Below, piece after piece: positions 12,740 to 25,553 of a stretch of 64,000 nt of DNA. This DNA is from Octopus sinensis (lineage: Eukaryota). Where the stretch lies: contig NC_043013.1 of assembly GCF_006345805.1 (NCBI RefSeq), positions 45,570,001 through 45,634,000 on the forward strand, in the 5' to 3' direction. The position numbers and the translations under genes were made by a program. A model generated the notes under the pieces. The model was given only the letters and a program-made list of their open reading frames with translations, made no database searches and was not told the DNA's origin. The first letter of the stretch is position 1. Each line of letters begins with the position of its first letter.

Positions 12740-13030
12740 ACTATTGGTTTACCTGAATAAATTGACCCCATTCCTTATTAAGTCTGGTACTTGTTCTATC
12801 AGACTTTTTTCCAAACCACTAAATTTCAAAACAGAAACCAGTCGGTACCGGTTGTCAAGCAGTAGTGAGGGACAAACACACACATATACATATGCATACA
12901 TACAGGCTTCCACACAGATTGGGTTAACCAGATTCACTCAAAGGCATTGTTCGACCCAGGGTACCATACATTGGGGCTGAATCCAAAACTGCGTGGTTCT
13001 AAAGTGATCCTCTTGACCACATGACCATGC
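12740..13030 (-). mobile_element. Degenerate SINE family A
   Basis: gtacttgttctatc...ggttgtcaagc...ggacaaacac... Confidence 0.6.
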
Positions 13031-13235
13031 TTGCACCTCCACACAACCATAGAATAACTTTCAATGTATGTAAATGCCAATTCTCTGTTGCTGGAAATGT
13101 ATTCTTTCTTGGTAATTTTTACCCTTATTGTTTTAAGGGTGGTAGATTGATAGAATCATTAGAGTATAACCAACTCCCATTCAAGACTTCTGGTTTTGTA
13201 CTCTTGCTTTCCTTTTAATAATTATTATTTAATGT

Positions 13236-13600
13236 TACTCTTTTACTTGTTTTAGTCATTTGACGGTGACCATGCTAGAGCACTGCCTTTAGTCGAGCAA
13301 ATCGACTACAGGACTTATTCTTTGTAAGCCTAGTACTTATTCTATCGGTCACTTTTGCTGAACTGCTAAGTTACGGGGATGTAAACACACCAGCATCAGT
13401 TGTCAAGTGATGTTGTGGGGAACAAACACAGACACACAAACATATACACACACATGCATATATATATATATATATACATATATACGATGGGTTTCTTTCA
13501 GTTTCTGTCTACCAAATCCTCTCACAAGGCTATAGCCCTGGGCCGACCGAAGCTTTGTGATTGAATTTGGTAGGCATTAGTTACTGCCGTGTGTGTATAT
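13236..13600 (-). mobile_element. SINE family A, 5'-truncated, with a short inverted segment at its right end
   Basis: Minus copy runs to ~13530, followed by sense-oriented ctatagccctgggccgacc. Confidence 0.75.
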
Positions 13601-13688
13601 GTGCGTGTAGGTGCTTGTGCCTCTCCGAGAGAGGGGGGGGGGGGTTTAATGGCAGTAAATACATCATGGCTTAGCTCCGTAGTATTAA

Positions 13689-13895
13689 CCCAACCATATT
13701 TGGTCCAAATACTCTACATGCTTTATGCTAAAACCAGCAAGATCTGGCCTCTCATGCCTGTCCTACAATGTCATTCTAAAAATAAACAACTACATCATCA
13801 AAATCTTAAAGCTATGAGGTAACTGCATATTTTAATTCAAAACAAAGTAAATGAATTAGTATTACATTTAACTGAGTAATCTGAACGCTAAAGGG
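13689..13895. mobile_element. MITE-1
   Basis: Right end gaacgctaaaggg; internal homology to other copies. Confidence 0.7.
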
Positions 13896-14097
13896 TTTAA
13901 AGATCTATTCAACCCATGTCAGCATTAGAAATGTAGCCCCTGAAACTGCCTGTTGGCAGATAGGAGAGAACATGTTGCAGTAATTTTCTAAAAACTTCTC
14001 CATCTAATTTGTAAACTCTTCTTAAAAACGGAAATGGTGAAAGATGGCTAGGTGAGTTTAAATTATTCCACAGATTCATGACACTAATGAAAGGACA

Positions 14098-14244
14098 GGC
14101 GTTAGGAAGGGCATCCAGCTGTAGAAACACTGCCAGATCTGACTGGCCTGGTGCAGCCTTCGGGCTCCCCAGACCCCAGTTGAACCGTCCAACCCATGCT
14201 AGCATGGAAAACGGACGCTAAATGATGATGATGATGATGATGAT
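14098..14244 (+). mobile_element. Family C short 3' fragment
   Basis: gttaggaagggcatccagctgtagaaac ... (gat)n. Confidence 0.85.
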
Positions 14245-14689
14245 AGCTTTCCAATGAACGGATGGTGGACTGCAAAGAACAATAAACTCATTTTTTTTTT
14301 CTTATATATTTATTGATTTCACTACTTTTTGCATTATATTACATACTAACAGTCATTTGCTGTGACAGTTCACCATAGCTTTTCTGTAATCAGATACCCA
14401 GATACATCCTCTATTTAATGCTTTCTTTTCTGCTGTCTGCTATAATTTGTCATGGAAAAACTGCTTTTGTAATAATCTTCAGATGGATAAAACTAAACTG
14501 TGCCTGCGTTTGTTTTTCTTACACCAGTCAGAACAATGGTTCTCAACTGGGGGGGGGTCCATATGACCCTTGGTGGGGAGCATATAAGATTTTGCTATTA
14601 AAATTTATGTGCAATAAACTTGGTTATGCTTCTATAATACATGACATATTTTAATGGTTTATTTTATTTTTATGCAATTCCCACCAAGC

Positions 14690-14965
14690 GTGGTTGTTGC
14701 CAGTGCCGCCGGACTGGCTCCCATGCACGTAGCATGTAAAAAAAGACCTTTTGAACATTGTAGTTGCCAGAACCACCTGACTGGCCCTTGTGCCGGTGTC
14801 GCGTAAAAATACCCACTACACTCTCGGAGTGGTTGGCATTAGGAAGGGCATCCAACTGTAGAAACTTTGCCAGATCAGTTTGAGCCTGGTGCAGCCTCTG
14901 GCTCACCAGTCCTCAGTCAAACCGTCCAACCCATTCCAGCATGGAAAGCGGATGCTAAACGATGA
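14690..14965 (+). mobile_element. Family C
   Basis: Homologous 3' end with tandem units. Confidence 0.85.
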
Positions 14966-15159
14966 AGGATAATAGGGTTTTTCAAACATGGAATGGTTAC
15001 GAGGTTCCATCCGAGTAAAATAGGACTCAAAGGGGTTCATAGGTAAAAAAAATGGTTGAGAACTACCGATTTAGAACTTTGGTTCTAGAACTTAAGCAGA
15101 CTGGTATAGGAGTTACATGTCAATCTTGTCTCAATTGACGAGACAGGAATTACAAGTAT

Positions 15160-15480
15160 CATCATCATCATCATTGTTTAACGTCCGTTTTCCATGCTAG
15201 CATGGGTTGGACGGTTCGACCGTGATCTGGAAAGCCAGAAGGCTGCACCAGGCTCCAGTCTGATCTGGCAATGTTTCTACAGCTGGATGCCCTTCCTAAC
15301 CCCAACCACTCCGTGAGTATAGTGGGTGCTTTTTACGTGCCACCGGCACAGGTGCCAGGCGAGACTGGCGACGGCCACAATTGGTTGGTGGTTTTTACGT
15401 GTCACCGGCACGGAAGCCAGTCATGGCGGCGCTGGCATCGGCCATGTTCGGATGGTGCTTTTTACGTGCCACCGGCATGG
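15160..15480 (-). mobile_element. Family C with three ~63-bp tandem units
   Basis: (cat)n-gtttaacgtccg start; ggtg(c/g)tttttacgtg(c/t)caccggca three times. Confidence 0.9.
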
Positions 15481-16009
15481 AATCTGATATAATATCAAGC
15501 TCTGTTGTCATTTTTGTTTGGAGCAACCTAGTTGCCATGGTCTCTTATTTTTGACATGTCAGTCAGGTTGTTAGGGCTTGGTGCTTGTTAATGACATTCG
15601 ATATACTATTGTTACATTTGACAAGTTCCAATTTCTAATTAACCTGAAGTAGATTTATGTCATAGAAGAAACCAATTAATGGCAAGTCATAGATCCTGAA
15701 CTCTTGATGTGCCATTTAGTGTATAGTTTTAACTTCACTGAATTTTGTTTTGTTATTTCAAAACTATAGCTCTACAAAGTGGTAATGGTTGTGAAATGAA
15801 AATAAAATGGATATTATGTATTTTCCTGAAATTAATTGGTGTTATCTATTGGGTTGAGTTACTTTTGACAATGAAGAGAATTCTTATTCACATTGTTTTT
15901 GACTACCATTGAAATGTTTTAAGAAAATCTTTATGGCAATATTTTGTGGGGCAGCTCCCACCTTAGCCTACAACACATTATAATGCATCATAAAATACAT
16001 GAGATTTAA

Positions 16010-16227
16010 CCCTTTTGTTACCGACCCGGCTGAAACCGGCTTTGGCTCTGAGTACAAATGTCTTGTTCTCCTAAGTTTTGAATTAAAATCTTCCACCAAA
16101 CCTTAGTCACAATTTATGTTCCTAACACTAGCTTAATGATAACTAAGTTATTTTACTAAATTCTTTGTTATATTTAAAGTAATTGAAAGAAACACAGCAT
16201 CTCAAAATAAATACAGTAACAAAAGGA
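16010..16227. mobile_element. MITE-2 (TTAA TSD, CCCTTTCGTTAC-type TIR)
   Basis: ttaa-cccttttgttac ... gtaacaaaagga-ttaa; colinear with 25344-25553. Confidence 0.85.
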
Positions 16228-16279
16228 TTAATGATATGTGTGTGTGTTGTGTTTGAACTACTTAATACATTATCGTTAA

Positions 16280-16458
16280 CCCTTTAGCATTCAACTCATT
16301 CCGTCAAAAGTAACACCTATTATCTTGTAGCTATGAGATAACCGTTCATTTTTTAGAATGACATTGTAGGGTAAGTGTGAGAAACCAGATCTGGCCAGTT
16401 TGATCACAAAACAGATAGAATATTTTGGCCGGATACTGCCAGTTGAAATGCTAAAGGG
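16280..16458. mobile_element. MITE-1
   Basis: ttaa-ccctttagcatt ... aatgctaaaggg-ttaa. Confidence 0.9.
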
Positions 16459-16837
16459 TTAAACCATTATACATCTGATATTTGTAACAATGAATTGTTC
16501 TAGAAATTCATGATTTCTAAGGTCTGTTTGGAAATGAGAGGAAGATGGTTGAATGATCTTGGTGTAGAAAATCTGTGAATCCCATATGGTTTACCTCTGT
16601 TTTCTAATGTTAATATGAGTTACATAGCTCTGTGTCGAATTAAGGTCCGCTTAGGGCAAGTATTGCTCCAACCACATCTTGAACGAATCTTGTTTCAGTA
16701 CACCTGATAAGCTGTAAGATTACTGATCTTGGGGTCCCTCTAGCTAGTCAGCTAGTGCACATGAGATACAACAGCTGTGAAGCTAGGGTACAAAACTGCT
16801 GAGCACTTGGATATAAGTTCAGATCTTGTTACATACT

Positions 16838-17285
16838 CATCATCATCATCATATGTCTGTTTCCCTTGCTGGCATGGGTTGGACAGCTTGACAAGAACTG
16901 GTAATGTCGGCAAGTTGGCAGAATCGTTAGCACGTCGGGCGAAATGCTAAGTGGTATTTTGTCTGCCACTACATTCTGAGTTCAAATTCCGTGGAGGTCA
17001 ACTTTGCCTTTCATCCTTTTGGGGTCGATTAAATAAGTACCAGTTGCGCACTGGGGTCGATATAATCGCCTCAATCCGTTTGTCCTCTCTGTGTTTAGCC
17101 CCTTGTGGGTAGTAAAGAAATAGGAACTGGTAATGTCGGGCTGCATCAAGTTCCATAGTCTGTTTTGGCTTGGTTTCTATGGCTTGATGCCCTTCCTAAT
17201 GCCAACCACTCCACAGAGTGTACTGGGTGCTTTTTATGTGGCACCAACACCTGTGCTTTTTAGGTGTCACTAGCACCCACACCAA
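16838..17285 (-). mobile_element. Family C interrupted by SINE B
   Basis: The C sequence resumes after the B insertion. Confidence 0.75.
16911..17123 (+). mobile_element. SINE B with 16-bp TSD
   Basis: gaactggtaatgtcgg at 16895-16910 and 17124-17139. Confidence 0.9.
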
Positions 17286-18272
17286 TGCTTTGTAATCATT
17301 CTTAGCAAGGCATACTACATTGTTTGCTTCACTCTTCTAGGATAATCATAGATGCAATCTCTATGTTACAGTTATGTGATTAATTAAATGATATCCAACC
17401 ATAAATTCATTGATCCAGTACTGTGCAAGTATCCAAATAAGGAAAACTATGATGTGTGTTAAAAATAAAAACACCCAGATAAATGAGAAATGCTTCTTAG
17501 CCAATCAGCCTCTGCTTTGTAAATGAAGGAGCTTGAGAATTAATGACCTCCCCCCCCCCCCCCAGGGAGACAGCTGAGTTTATGGGCAGGTTTTAAACAG
17601 GGCAATGTGAAGGCATGTCTAGATAAAGTAGATGATAATTACATTATTAGATAGCATGGCTGGTGACATGACTAGATAAGGTGGACAATGAAGATGTGAC
17701 TTGACTTGACTTGACAGCATTCACCTGGGATGGGTTGAGCTGGCTTCATTCATCCTCAATACTGCATCTCTCACAAATGCCGACCAGGCCTGGCGATTTG
17801 AGGCTAACAATGAAGATGTCACTAGAAGAAGTAGACAGTGGGAGCATCAGTAAATAAAGTGAGCACTGAGGACATTGCTCTACGAAGTTGACTTAGCACT
17901 TAACATATACGTTCTCTAGTTGGTGGAAATTAGGGACTTTAAACCCATTATTTTATAATTGTAGACTTAATATTGTTTCCTAATTGAATGCTCTCATATG
18001 GTTTTCATCTCTATTCTAGGCCTACTGGGGATGTTATCAGAGCCTAGCACAAAGATGAGCACCAGATGGGAAGTTTTTATTAAGAAAGAACAAACCTATG
18101 ACCATTAAAAAAAACCCCAAAAAACAAAGGTTTAGAGCTCCTAATTTCCATTATATAATTGTATTACATAACAATGGCATAGGGGGATGTAAGTGTTGAT
18201 TAAGTGTTAAGCTTAGTATTTTTAGCTAATGAGTGTCTCTTGCTCAGCTTAACAGAATATATTCTGGTTTAT

Positions 18273-18915
18273 CCCTTTAGCATTCAGATCCCTCTGTCAA
18301 GTGTAATATTTATATACTCTTACTCTTTTACTCTTTTACTTGTTTCAGTTATTTGACTGCGGCCATGCTGGCGCACCACCTTTAGTTGAGCAAATCGACC
18401 CCGGGACTTATTCTTTGTAAGCCTTGTGCTTATTCTATCGGTCTCTTTTGCCGAACCGCTAAGTGACGGGGACGTAAACACACCAGCATCGGTTGTCAAG
18501 CAATGCTAGGGGAACAAACACAGACACACAAACATATACACACACACTTATATATATATATATACATATATACGACAGGCTTCTTTCAGTTTCCGTCTAC
18601 CAAATCCACTCACAAGGCATTGGTCGGCCTGGGGCTATAGCAGAAGACACTTGCCCAAGATGCCATGCAGTGGGACTGAACCCGGAACCAAGTGGTTGGT
18701 TAGCAAGCTACTTACCACACAGCCACTCCTGCGCCTATATCCACATTATTTTGAGTTGATCATGCATTGTCTTGTAACTTTGAGATTTCAATGATGGGCT
18801 TGTTTGGTTTTAGAATGACATTGCAGTGTAGGTATGAAAGGCTGGAGTTGGCCAGTTTGAACAAAGAACAGATACAATATTCGGGTTGAATATTGCCTGT
18901 TTAAATGCTAAAGGG
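18273..18915. mobile_element. MITE-1 interrupted by SINE A
   Basis: Left end ccctttagcattcaga, right end aatgctaaaggg, SINE A in between. Confidence 0.8.
18315..18735 (-). mobile_element. SINE family A nested in MITE-1
   Basis: Full-length homology. Confidence 0.9.
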
Positions 18916-18924
18916 TTTAAGCAT

Positions 18925-19315
18925 TACAAGCAAATAGTGAAGCTTGCTTCTCAATCACATGGTTCTGGTTTCAGTCCTATTTATGGCACTTTGGGCAAGT
19001 GCCCTTTGCTATAGCCTTGGTCTGACCGAGTGGATTTGGTAAATGGGAACTGAAACAAGCCACACACACACACACATCTGTGTGTGTATGTATGTCTTTG
19101 TTTGTCTCCTACTACAGCTTAGCAACCAGTGTTTGTGTATCTCCGTCCCAGTAACTTAGCAGTTCAGCAAAGGAGACTGATAGAATGAGTACTCAGCTTA
19201 ACAAAGAAATAAGTAACTGGGGTCAATTCTTTTGACTAAAAATCCTTCGTGGTGGTGCCCCAGCATGGCTGCAGTCTAACAATTGAAACAAGCAAAAAGT
19301 AAAAGATGATAAGGC
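18925..19315 (+). mobile_element. Degenerate (older) SINE family A
   Basis: ggcactttgggcaagtg ... ggtgccccagcatggctgcagtc ... tgaaacaag. Confidence 0.7.
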
Positions 19316-19816
19316 GAAAGGAATGAGAACAATCTATCCCTGTGGAATTAGAGAGGAAACGTGGTAAAATGAAAGAGGTATCGAGGATGAGTGAGTAGTG
19401 CAAAGAATTCTAGAGATAGCACAAGAGAGAAATTTGTGTATGATGTCAGTGTCTGTGTGGCAAGAGGTGAAGATATTGAGAAATGAAGAGATGATGGGGA
19501 GATAAAGTTTGAATGAAAGAAAAAATGAGAGGAAACTTCATCATTTAATGTCTATATTCCCAATTCTCTACAATCGAGGCAATTCTCTACGGTCATATGT
19601 CCTTCCTGTCATCATCCCTCATCTTTTTCTAGGTGTCTTGGCATTACATGATGATCGTAAATGAGCATCACTAAAATATAAACAGCATTGTTTATTTTCC
19701 GTTCTTCCTTGGGAAACCTGTCTAGCCAAGGGGAAATATCATTTTACAATAAGCAAGGGCATCGTGTCATTGAAAATCTGCCTCAACAAATTCTGTCCGA
19801 CCCATGCAAGCATTAA

Positions 19817-20087
19817 ACCTTTAGTGTTTAAACCGGCTATATCCGGCCTGAATATTCTACTCATTTTATGCTCAAACTGGCCGGAACCAGTATCTCACAC
19901 CTACCCTGCAATGTAATTCTAAAAATAAACGTAGGAGTGGCTGTGTGGTAAGTAGCTTGCTTACCAACCACATGGTTCCGGGTTCAGTCCCACTGCGTGG
20001 CACCTTGGGCAAGTGTTTTCTGCTATAGCCTCGGGCTGACCAAAGCCTTGTGAGTGGATTTGGTAGACGGAAACTGAAAGAAGCCCG

Positions 20088-20137
<50 letters not shown>

Positions 20138-20458
20138 CTGTGTTTGTCCCCCTAGCATTGCTTGACAACCGATGCTGGTGTGTTTACGTCCCCGTCACTT
20201 AGCGGTTCGGTAAAAGAGACCGATATAATAAGTACTAGGCTTACAAAGAATAAGTCCTGGGGTCGATTTGCTCGACTAAAGGCGGTGCTCCAGCATGGCC
20301 ACAGTCAAATGACTGAAACAAGTAAAAGAGTAAAAAAAAGAGAGTAAAAAAGAATTACATCTTTCAAATCTTGAAGCTACAAGATAATACCAGATTAATT
20401 TTTAGAAATGTGAATAAATAAGGATTACTTATGACATATTAATTTGAATGCTAAAGGG
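19817..20458. mobile_element. MITE-1 interrupted by SINE A
   Basis: ttaa-acctttagtgtt ... aatgctaaaggg-ttaa. Confidence 0.8.
19931..20350 (+). mobile_element. SINE family A nested in MITE-1
   Basis: Sense full-length copy with an expanded (TA)n. Confidence 0.9.
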
Positions 20459-20917
20459 TTAAATGACGATGGTAATAATAGAAGCAGTACTAATCTGTTA
20501 AAGTGTTCTGCTTGTCATGGTATGTGTTACGTCGTTTCATTGAAAGCAGTCGAAATCTTTTAACAAATGTCCAAGAGTTACACTTTTAATAACCTTAACT
20601 ATGGAATATGATTGAAAATATCAATATTATCATAATTTCCCACATAATGAATCAGTGAGTGTAAAGTCTTTGCATCGAAATAGAAATAAGAACAATTTCT
20701 AAACTTCTAAAACTACAATAACATGAATGCATTGAAAGAGAAGCATAATCCATGTAATAGTCCCATTAATGCTTTGTAACTGTATTCGACTATTGGCAAC
20801 CCCTGGTGAAAGATTTAGTTATCTCAGCTCATGTTACCAGATCATTGTTTCTCATGGGGTGGGTGGATAGATGTGAGGATTAAAAAGGGAGCAGACAAAT
20901 TGATGATTTTAATAAGA

Positions 20918-21432
20918 TCATCATCATCATCATCGTTTAACGTCCGTTCTCCATGCTAGCATGGGTTGGACGGTTCGACCGGGGATCTGGGAAGCCAGAA
21001 GGCTGCACCAGGCTCCAGTCTTATCTGGTAGTGTTTCTACAGCTGGATGCCCTTCCTAACGCGAACCACTCCGTGAGTGTAGTGGGTGCTTTTTACGTGC
21101 CACCTGCACAGGTGCCAGGCGAGGCTGGCATCGGCCACAATTCGGATGGTGCTTTTTATGTGCCACCGGCACGGAAGCCAGTCGAGGCGGCGATGGTATT
21201 GGCCATGATTCGGATAGTGCTTTTTACGTACCACCAGTCCAGCTGTCCAGTTTTGAATTTTTTAATCTTGTCATCGTTGTCATCGTCATAGTTCAATATC
21301 TGTTTTCCATGCTGGCATGGGTTGGACAGTTTGACGGGTTGGCTAGGCAGAAGCCTGCACCAGGCTTCACTGCTTGTTCTGGCAGGATTTTTACGACTGC
21401 GTGATGACCTTCCTAACACAAACCACCTTACA
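20918..21432 (-). mobile_element. Two adjacent family C copies
   Basis: (cat)n-headed copies at 20918-21238 (three tandem units) and 21268-21432. Confidence 0.8.
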
Positions 21433-21655
21433 GAGGCAAATATTAATTTGTCTTTTACTAAAAGAAGGTTGAGGGGGGGCGTGTTTCACTAATTTTTCTT
21501 TTTTGTGGGTTGGTATTTGTCAGTTTCAGAACAGCTGTACCCCATAAAGAATGGACAGCAGGAGTGCTTGGAGTATGCGATGATGCTGAGTGTTTTCCCC
21601 GAAGACTGGCTCTGGTCAGTCTCCATCGTTCAAGATATGAGCATCCTGTTTCAGT

Positions 21656-22010
21656 TACTCTCTCTTTTACTTGTTTCAGTCATTTGACTGCGGCCATGCT
21701 GGAGCACCGCCTTTTAGTCGAGCAAATCGACCCCGGGACTTATTCTTTGTAAGCCCAGTACTTATTCTATCGGTCTCTTTTGCTGAACCGCTAAGTGACG
21801 GGGACGTAAACACACCAGGGGGACAAACACATACACACACATATATACGACAGGCTTCTTTCAGTTTCCGTCTACCAAATCCACTCACAAGGCATTGGTC
21901 GGCCCGGGGCTATTGTAGAAGACACTTGCCCAAGATGCCACGCAGTGGGACTGAACCTGGAACCATGTGGTTGGTAATCAAGCTACTTACCACACAACCA
22001 CTCCTGTGCC
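21656..22010 (-). mobile_element. SINE family A with a small internal deletion
   Basis: Homology to other copies; junction acacca|ggggga. Confidence 0.9.
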
Positions 22011-22864
22011 TATTTATTTATTTTATTTTGCAGAAGTAGTCTGTTTTGGATGATATCAAATATACTCTTTTTTAAGACAAGTAGGCTATGGGTTGTGGGA
22101 ACTTTGGCTGCTATTTCTAACAGCTCAAGGAGAGACTTTGTAATTACTCCCTTGTAGGCTTGTCGACAGTTGTGTGCCAAGGATATCATCTGTAAGTTTT
22201 ACTGTTGTATCTGCTCTGATGTGGAACAATTACTATACCGAACTGTAATTAAGAAACAGATCAGAGTGTTTTCAGTTGTAGACAAAAGATAGGGAGTTGA
22301 GGGATATCGGAGACTGCAGCTTCGTTTTCAGTAATCACATGTGAACTGGTATTCTATTTTGTTATTTTGGCTGATGTCGTAAAACCTGATTGCAGTCTCA
22401 TCTCTCAGTTGCTAATGTCTCTGTTTCTAAGCAGAGTAATTTGTTCTGGTTTGCGTAGTTTAACATTTCATCATAGTTGATATTTTATATTATTACAGCT
22501 GGTGTTAGTAAACAATGTATTTCAGTAGTCTTCGCTTTTATAATAGTCTATTTTTGTCGGTGTGTCTTGGTTGGCTTTAATATCTCTAGTCTTAAAGAAT
22601 TATTATATATATAGTTTTATATAGTTGTTTGTTTTTTTTATAAAAAAAATTTTCCAAGAGAATGCTGAACAATTTGTTTTGTTTATATTTTAAATGAATT
22701 GAAAAATGAAGTGGTGCCAAGATTATTTAATAACCAAACTCACTCAGGCATCTGTTCTTTCTCATCTCTTTCGAGATGCAAAAGAACAAAGTTATTTCAC
22801 ACTCTTTTGGCTTTCAACTAAATGAAACCTTTTTTTTCTTTTTTCTTTTTACATATTTCTGCAG

Positions 22865-22903
22865 CAGCGTAGTTTATGTAACAATGGTTGTAGGAGGCTT
22901 GAG
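22865..22903 (+). other. Candidate short exon (39 or 36 nt), gene unknown
   Basis: ~35-nt polypyrimidine tract, CAGCAG acceptor and GAG|GTAATA donor; open in two frames. Confidence 0.3.
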
Positions 22904-23394
22904 GTAATATAGACAACTGGTCGCATAGGATAAGTTCAAACTTAGCTACTGCTTTGATGGAGTGCTCCTGGGCATTGTACGTCTCAGTTTGTTTGTCTGA
23001 CAAACAAGGATCTTTTCTTAGAGCGTCTTGCAGCAGGAAGGGTACCAAGCACCGAAACAGTTGCTCCAGCAGCATACGTGTGGCCAAAATGTATCTCCAT
23101 TCTTGCCAGTAAAGAAAAATGAAGATAGAAAATAAAAATAAACAACAACTGATGTATGCTGCTGAAATAGGAACAGTAGATGTGGTTAGCTAAGATGTAT
23201 TTGATAGGAATTAGCTGAGTGATGTACCGGATGTCTAAAACCCTATCTTATTTTGAGAAATGAAAACAAAACATTATTGGAACGGTGTCCTCAGTATTGC
23301 AGAGATGAAGCAAGCCTCTTGTCAATCAAAGTATCCATTCTGCTTTCTTTTCCTGTTTGTGGTTATTAATTTCATTCAATTTCAAACAAGTTAT

Positions 23395-24700
23395 GGATTT
23401 CATCTCATCATCATTTTCACGTCTGCTTTTCCTTGCATTATTTAGATTATTTCCAACACAGCCTTTTTTGTTATTTGTTGTATTCCTTTGTCATATTCCT
23501 TTGTCATCTCAACATCACGAGATTAGCTTTCATCAATTTTGCCCATGCTTTCCTGGATCCTCCTAGCTCTTTCTCTTCCATAGTTTCCTTCCACTTAGCT
23601 ATGCCTGCACTTCTTTATTCATCTGTTATTCTCCATATGCATCACATGTCTGCACTAATGCAATCTTCATTCTTGCATACTACAGCTGATTCCTCTTGTA
23701 CTTAGTATTTCTCTCAGCTCATCTGTACCATGTCCCTCATGCATATCAACATTACACATCCAGCAGTGGATGCTTGCTTCATTTCTCTCCAACTTTTCAC
23801 ACATCCTCTATGGTCAGTGTTCATGCCTCACAACCATGTAACATTACGTACACAAGCAACATACCATCTACCATTTGCTTGAAGGGTGAATCCCCTTATT
23901 GCCAGCTGAGATAATTGCTCCCTGAACTTCTTTTGCTGTCCTTATTCTGGTTACTATACATTTCAGAGCATCCTCCTCCACTGTTGATAAAGTTACTCAG
24001 ATAACAGAAGCTGTAGTCTTCCAAGTATTGAAAGGACTTTATTTTGCTATTGCTCTGGCTTTTTATTACTCTTGTACATCTTCCACATAGAAAATCTTTA
24101 TTATCCATCAATTTTCCTTTGCTTCCAGTACTTTTCAGGTGCAGCCATAGTCCATATTGTGTAAAGTATGTAGAGTTCCTCCCTACTCTTTTGCAGATTG
24201 AGCACAGCCTTTTCCTTGATAGCATTAGAGTTGTGTCTCCTTTTCTACTTTTAATGAGGCCTCTCAGTTTTAGGTTTTGCTGAATTTCTGAAGTTTTTTC
24301 ACAAATTCTGCTATAAGACCTAGGTTGTCAGCATAACACGAATCTCTTCTGTTCTGCCTTGGAGAACTGTAATAAATAGAAGGAAACTGAAAGCCAGACC
24401 TTGGAGAACACACCTACGCATTTAATTCCTCACCTGGCCAACTTTCACTTGGCTTACTACACCCCTCTATACGTGGCTTGCACTACTCTCACATGCCATT
24501 CATCTACACCTAAGTTTCTTAAAGACCACCAGACTACAGATTCTACCCTATCAAAGCCTTCTTCAGATTAACAAATGCTTGGTAGAGGTGTATATTTTTA
24601 GTTGAAAATTTCTCTTGGAGTTGTTTCATTATGAAAAAAATAGTACCACTGGTGCAAATCTCATCTAGGCTGATTTTCTTGTTAAATGCATCTTCACATC
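23395..24700 (-). pseudogene. Decayed RTE-clade LINE, RT domain to C-terminus
   Basis: Minus frames: IFFIMKQLQEKFSTKNIHLYQAFVNLKKA (RT motif), YADNLGLIAE (YADD-like) and CKRVGRNS...FLCGRC...FCYL..INSGGGCSE. Confidence 0.85.
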
Positions 24701-25343
24701 CTGGTGATTTTTTTTTCATTCTTTTTTTTAACTCTGTGGGAGTGGTCACTCTGATAAATGGAGCTGATGAGAAATATTTGATGCTTGTAAATAGTGTATT
24801 TGGATTTGTATTTAATTTAAAAGGTTCTCCATTATGTTTGGTGTTTGTCATCAGATCAATGTTTTCAGAACATGTCACATGATGATGTATAATGGTGAGA
24901 TATTATTATATTATGCTATGAACAGTGAATCATTTATTTCTATTGTTATGGTTTAGTCAGTGAGGAAGGGCAGTATTCATGATCTTTGCAGGGTCTTGGG
25001 AACTGGTGAGGTAAAGGGAGAGACAGAACCACCACTCATAGTTTGCTGCAGTAGGAAAGAGTGCTACAATATACCATTATCCACAGATCAGAGACCTGGT
25101 CTAAATTATTGTAACAGAGTAGACCTCACTAAAGGTACCCAAGAACTATGTTATCTTAAATCAGGTGCTGGATCAAATCTGTCACCCTAGAACAAATGTC
25201 TGTCCCCTTTCGTTTATAAGGTTTGGTTTTTCCTGCAGTTATGGTAGAGGTCACTTGCTCAAGGTGCTGCACTGTACGATCGAATTCAGAACAGTGTTAT
25301 TGTAAAATGCTCTTTTAAACCACACTACTACACCTTTACTTAA

Positions 25344-25553
25344 CCCTTTCATTACCAACCCGGCTGAAACCGGCTCTGAGTACAAATGTCTTGTTTTCAT
25401 AAGTTCTGAATTAAAATCTTTCACCAAACCTTAGTCACAATTTATGTTCCTAACACTAGCTTAATGATAAGTTATTTTTCTAAATTCTTTGTTATATTTA
25501 ATGTAATTGAAAGAAGCACAGAGCATCTCAAAATAAATACAGTAATGAAAGGG
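25344..25553. mobile_element. MITE-2
   Basis: TTAA at 25340-25343 and 25554-25557; TIR ccctttcattac / gtaatgaaaggg. Confidence 0.9.

Noticed and set aside
15327-15480. CRISPR-like array: 24-nt repeats with ~39-nt spacers
   Set aside because: The spacers are homologous to each other, the array lies inside a eukaryotic LINE 3' UTR, and there are no cas genes. It is a tandem repeat.
18493-18759. Recurrent ORFs such as MSSNARGTNTDTQ... and MLGGQT...
   Set aside because: These are antisense or alternative frames of SINE A copies, with variable stops and no coding signal.
20504-20519. CSACH(G) DnaJ/heme-like microexon before gtatgt
   Set aside because: The acceptor is weak, it is only 16 nt, and there are no supporting exons.
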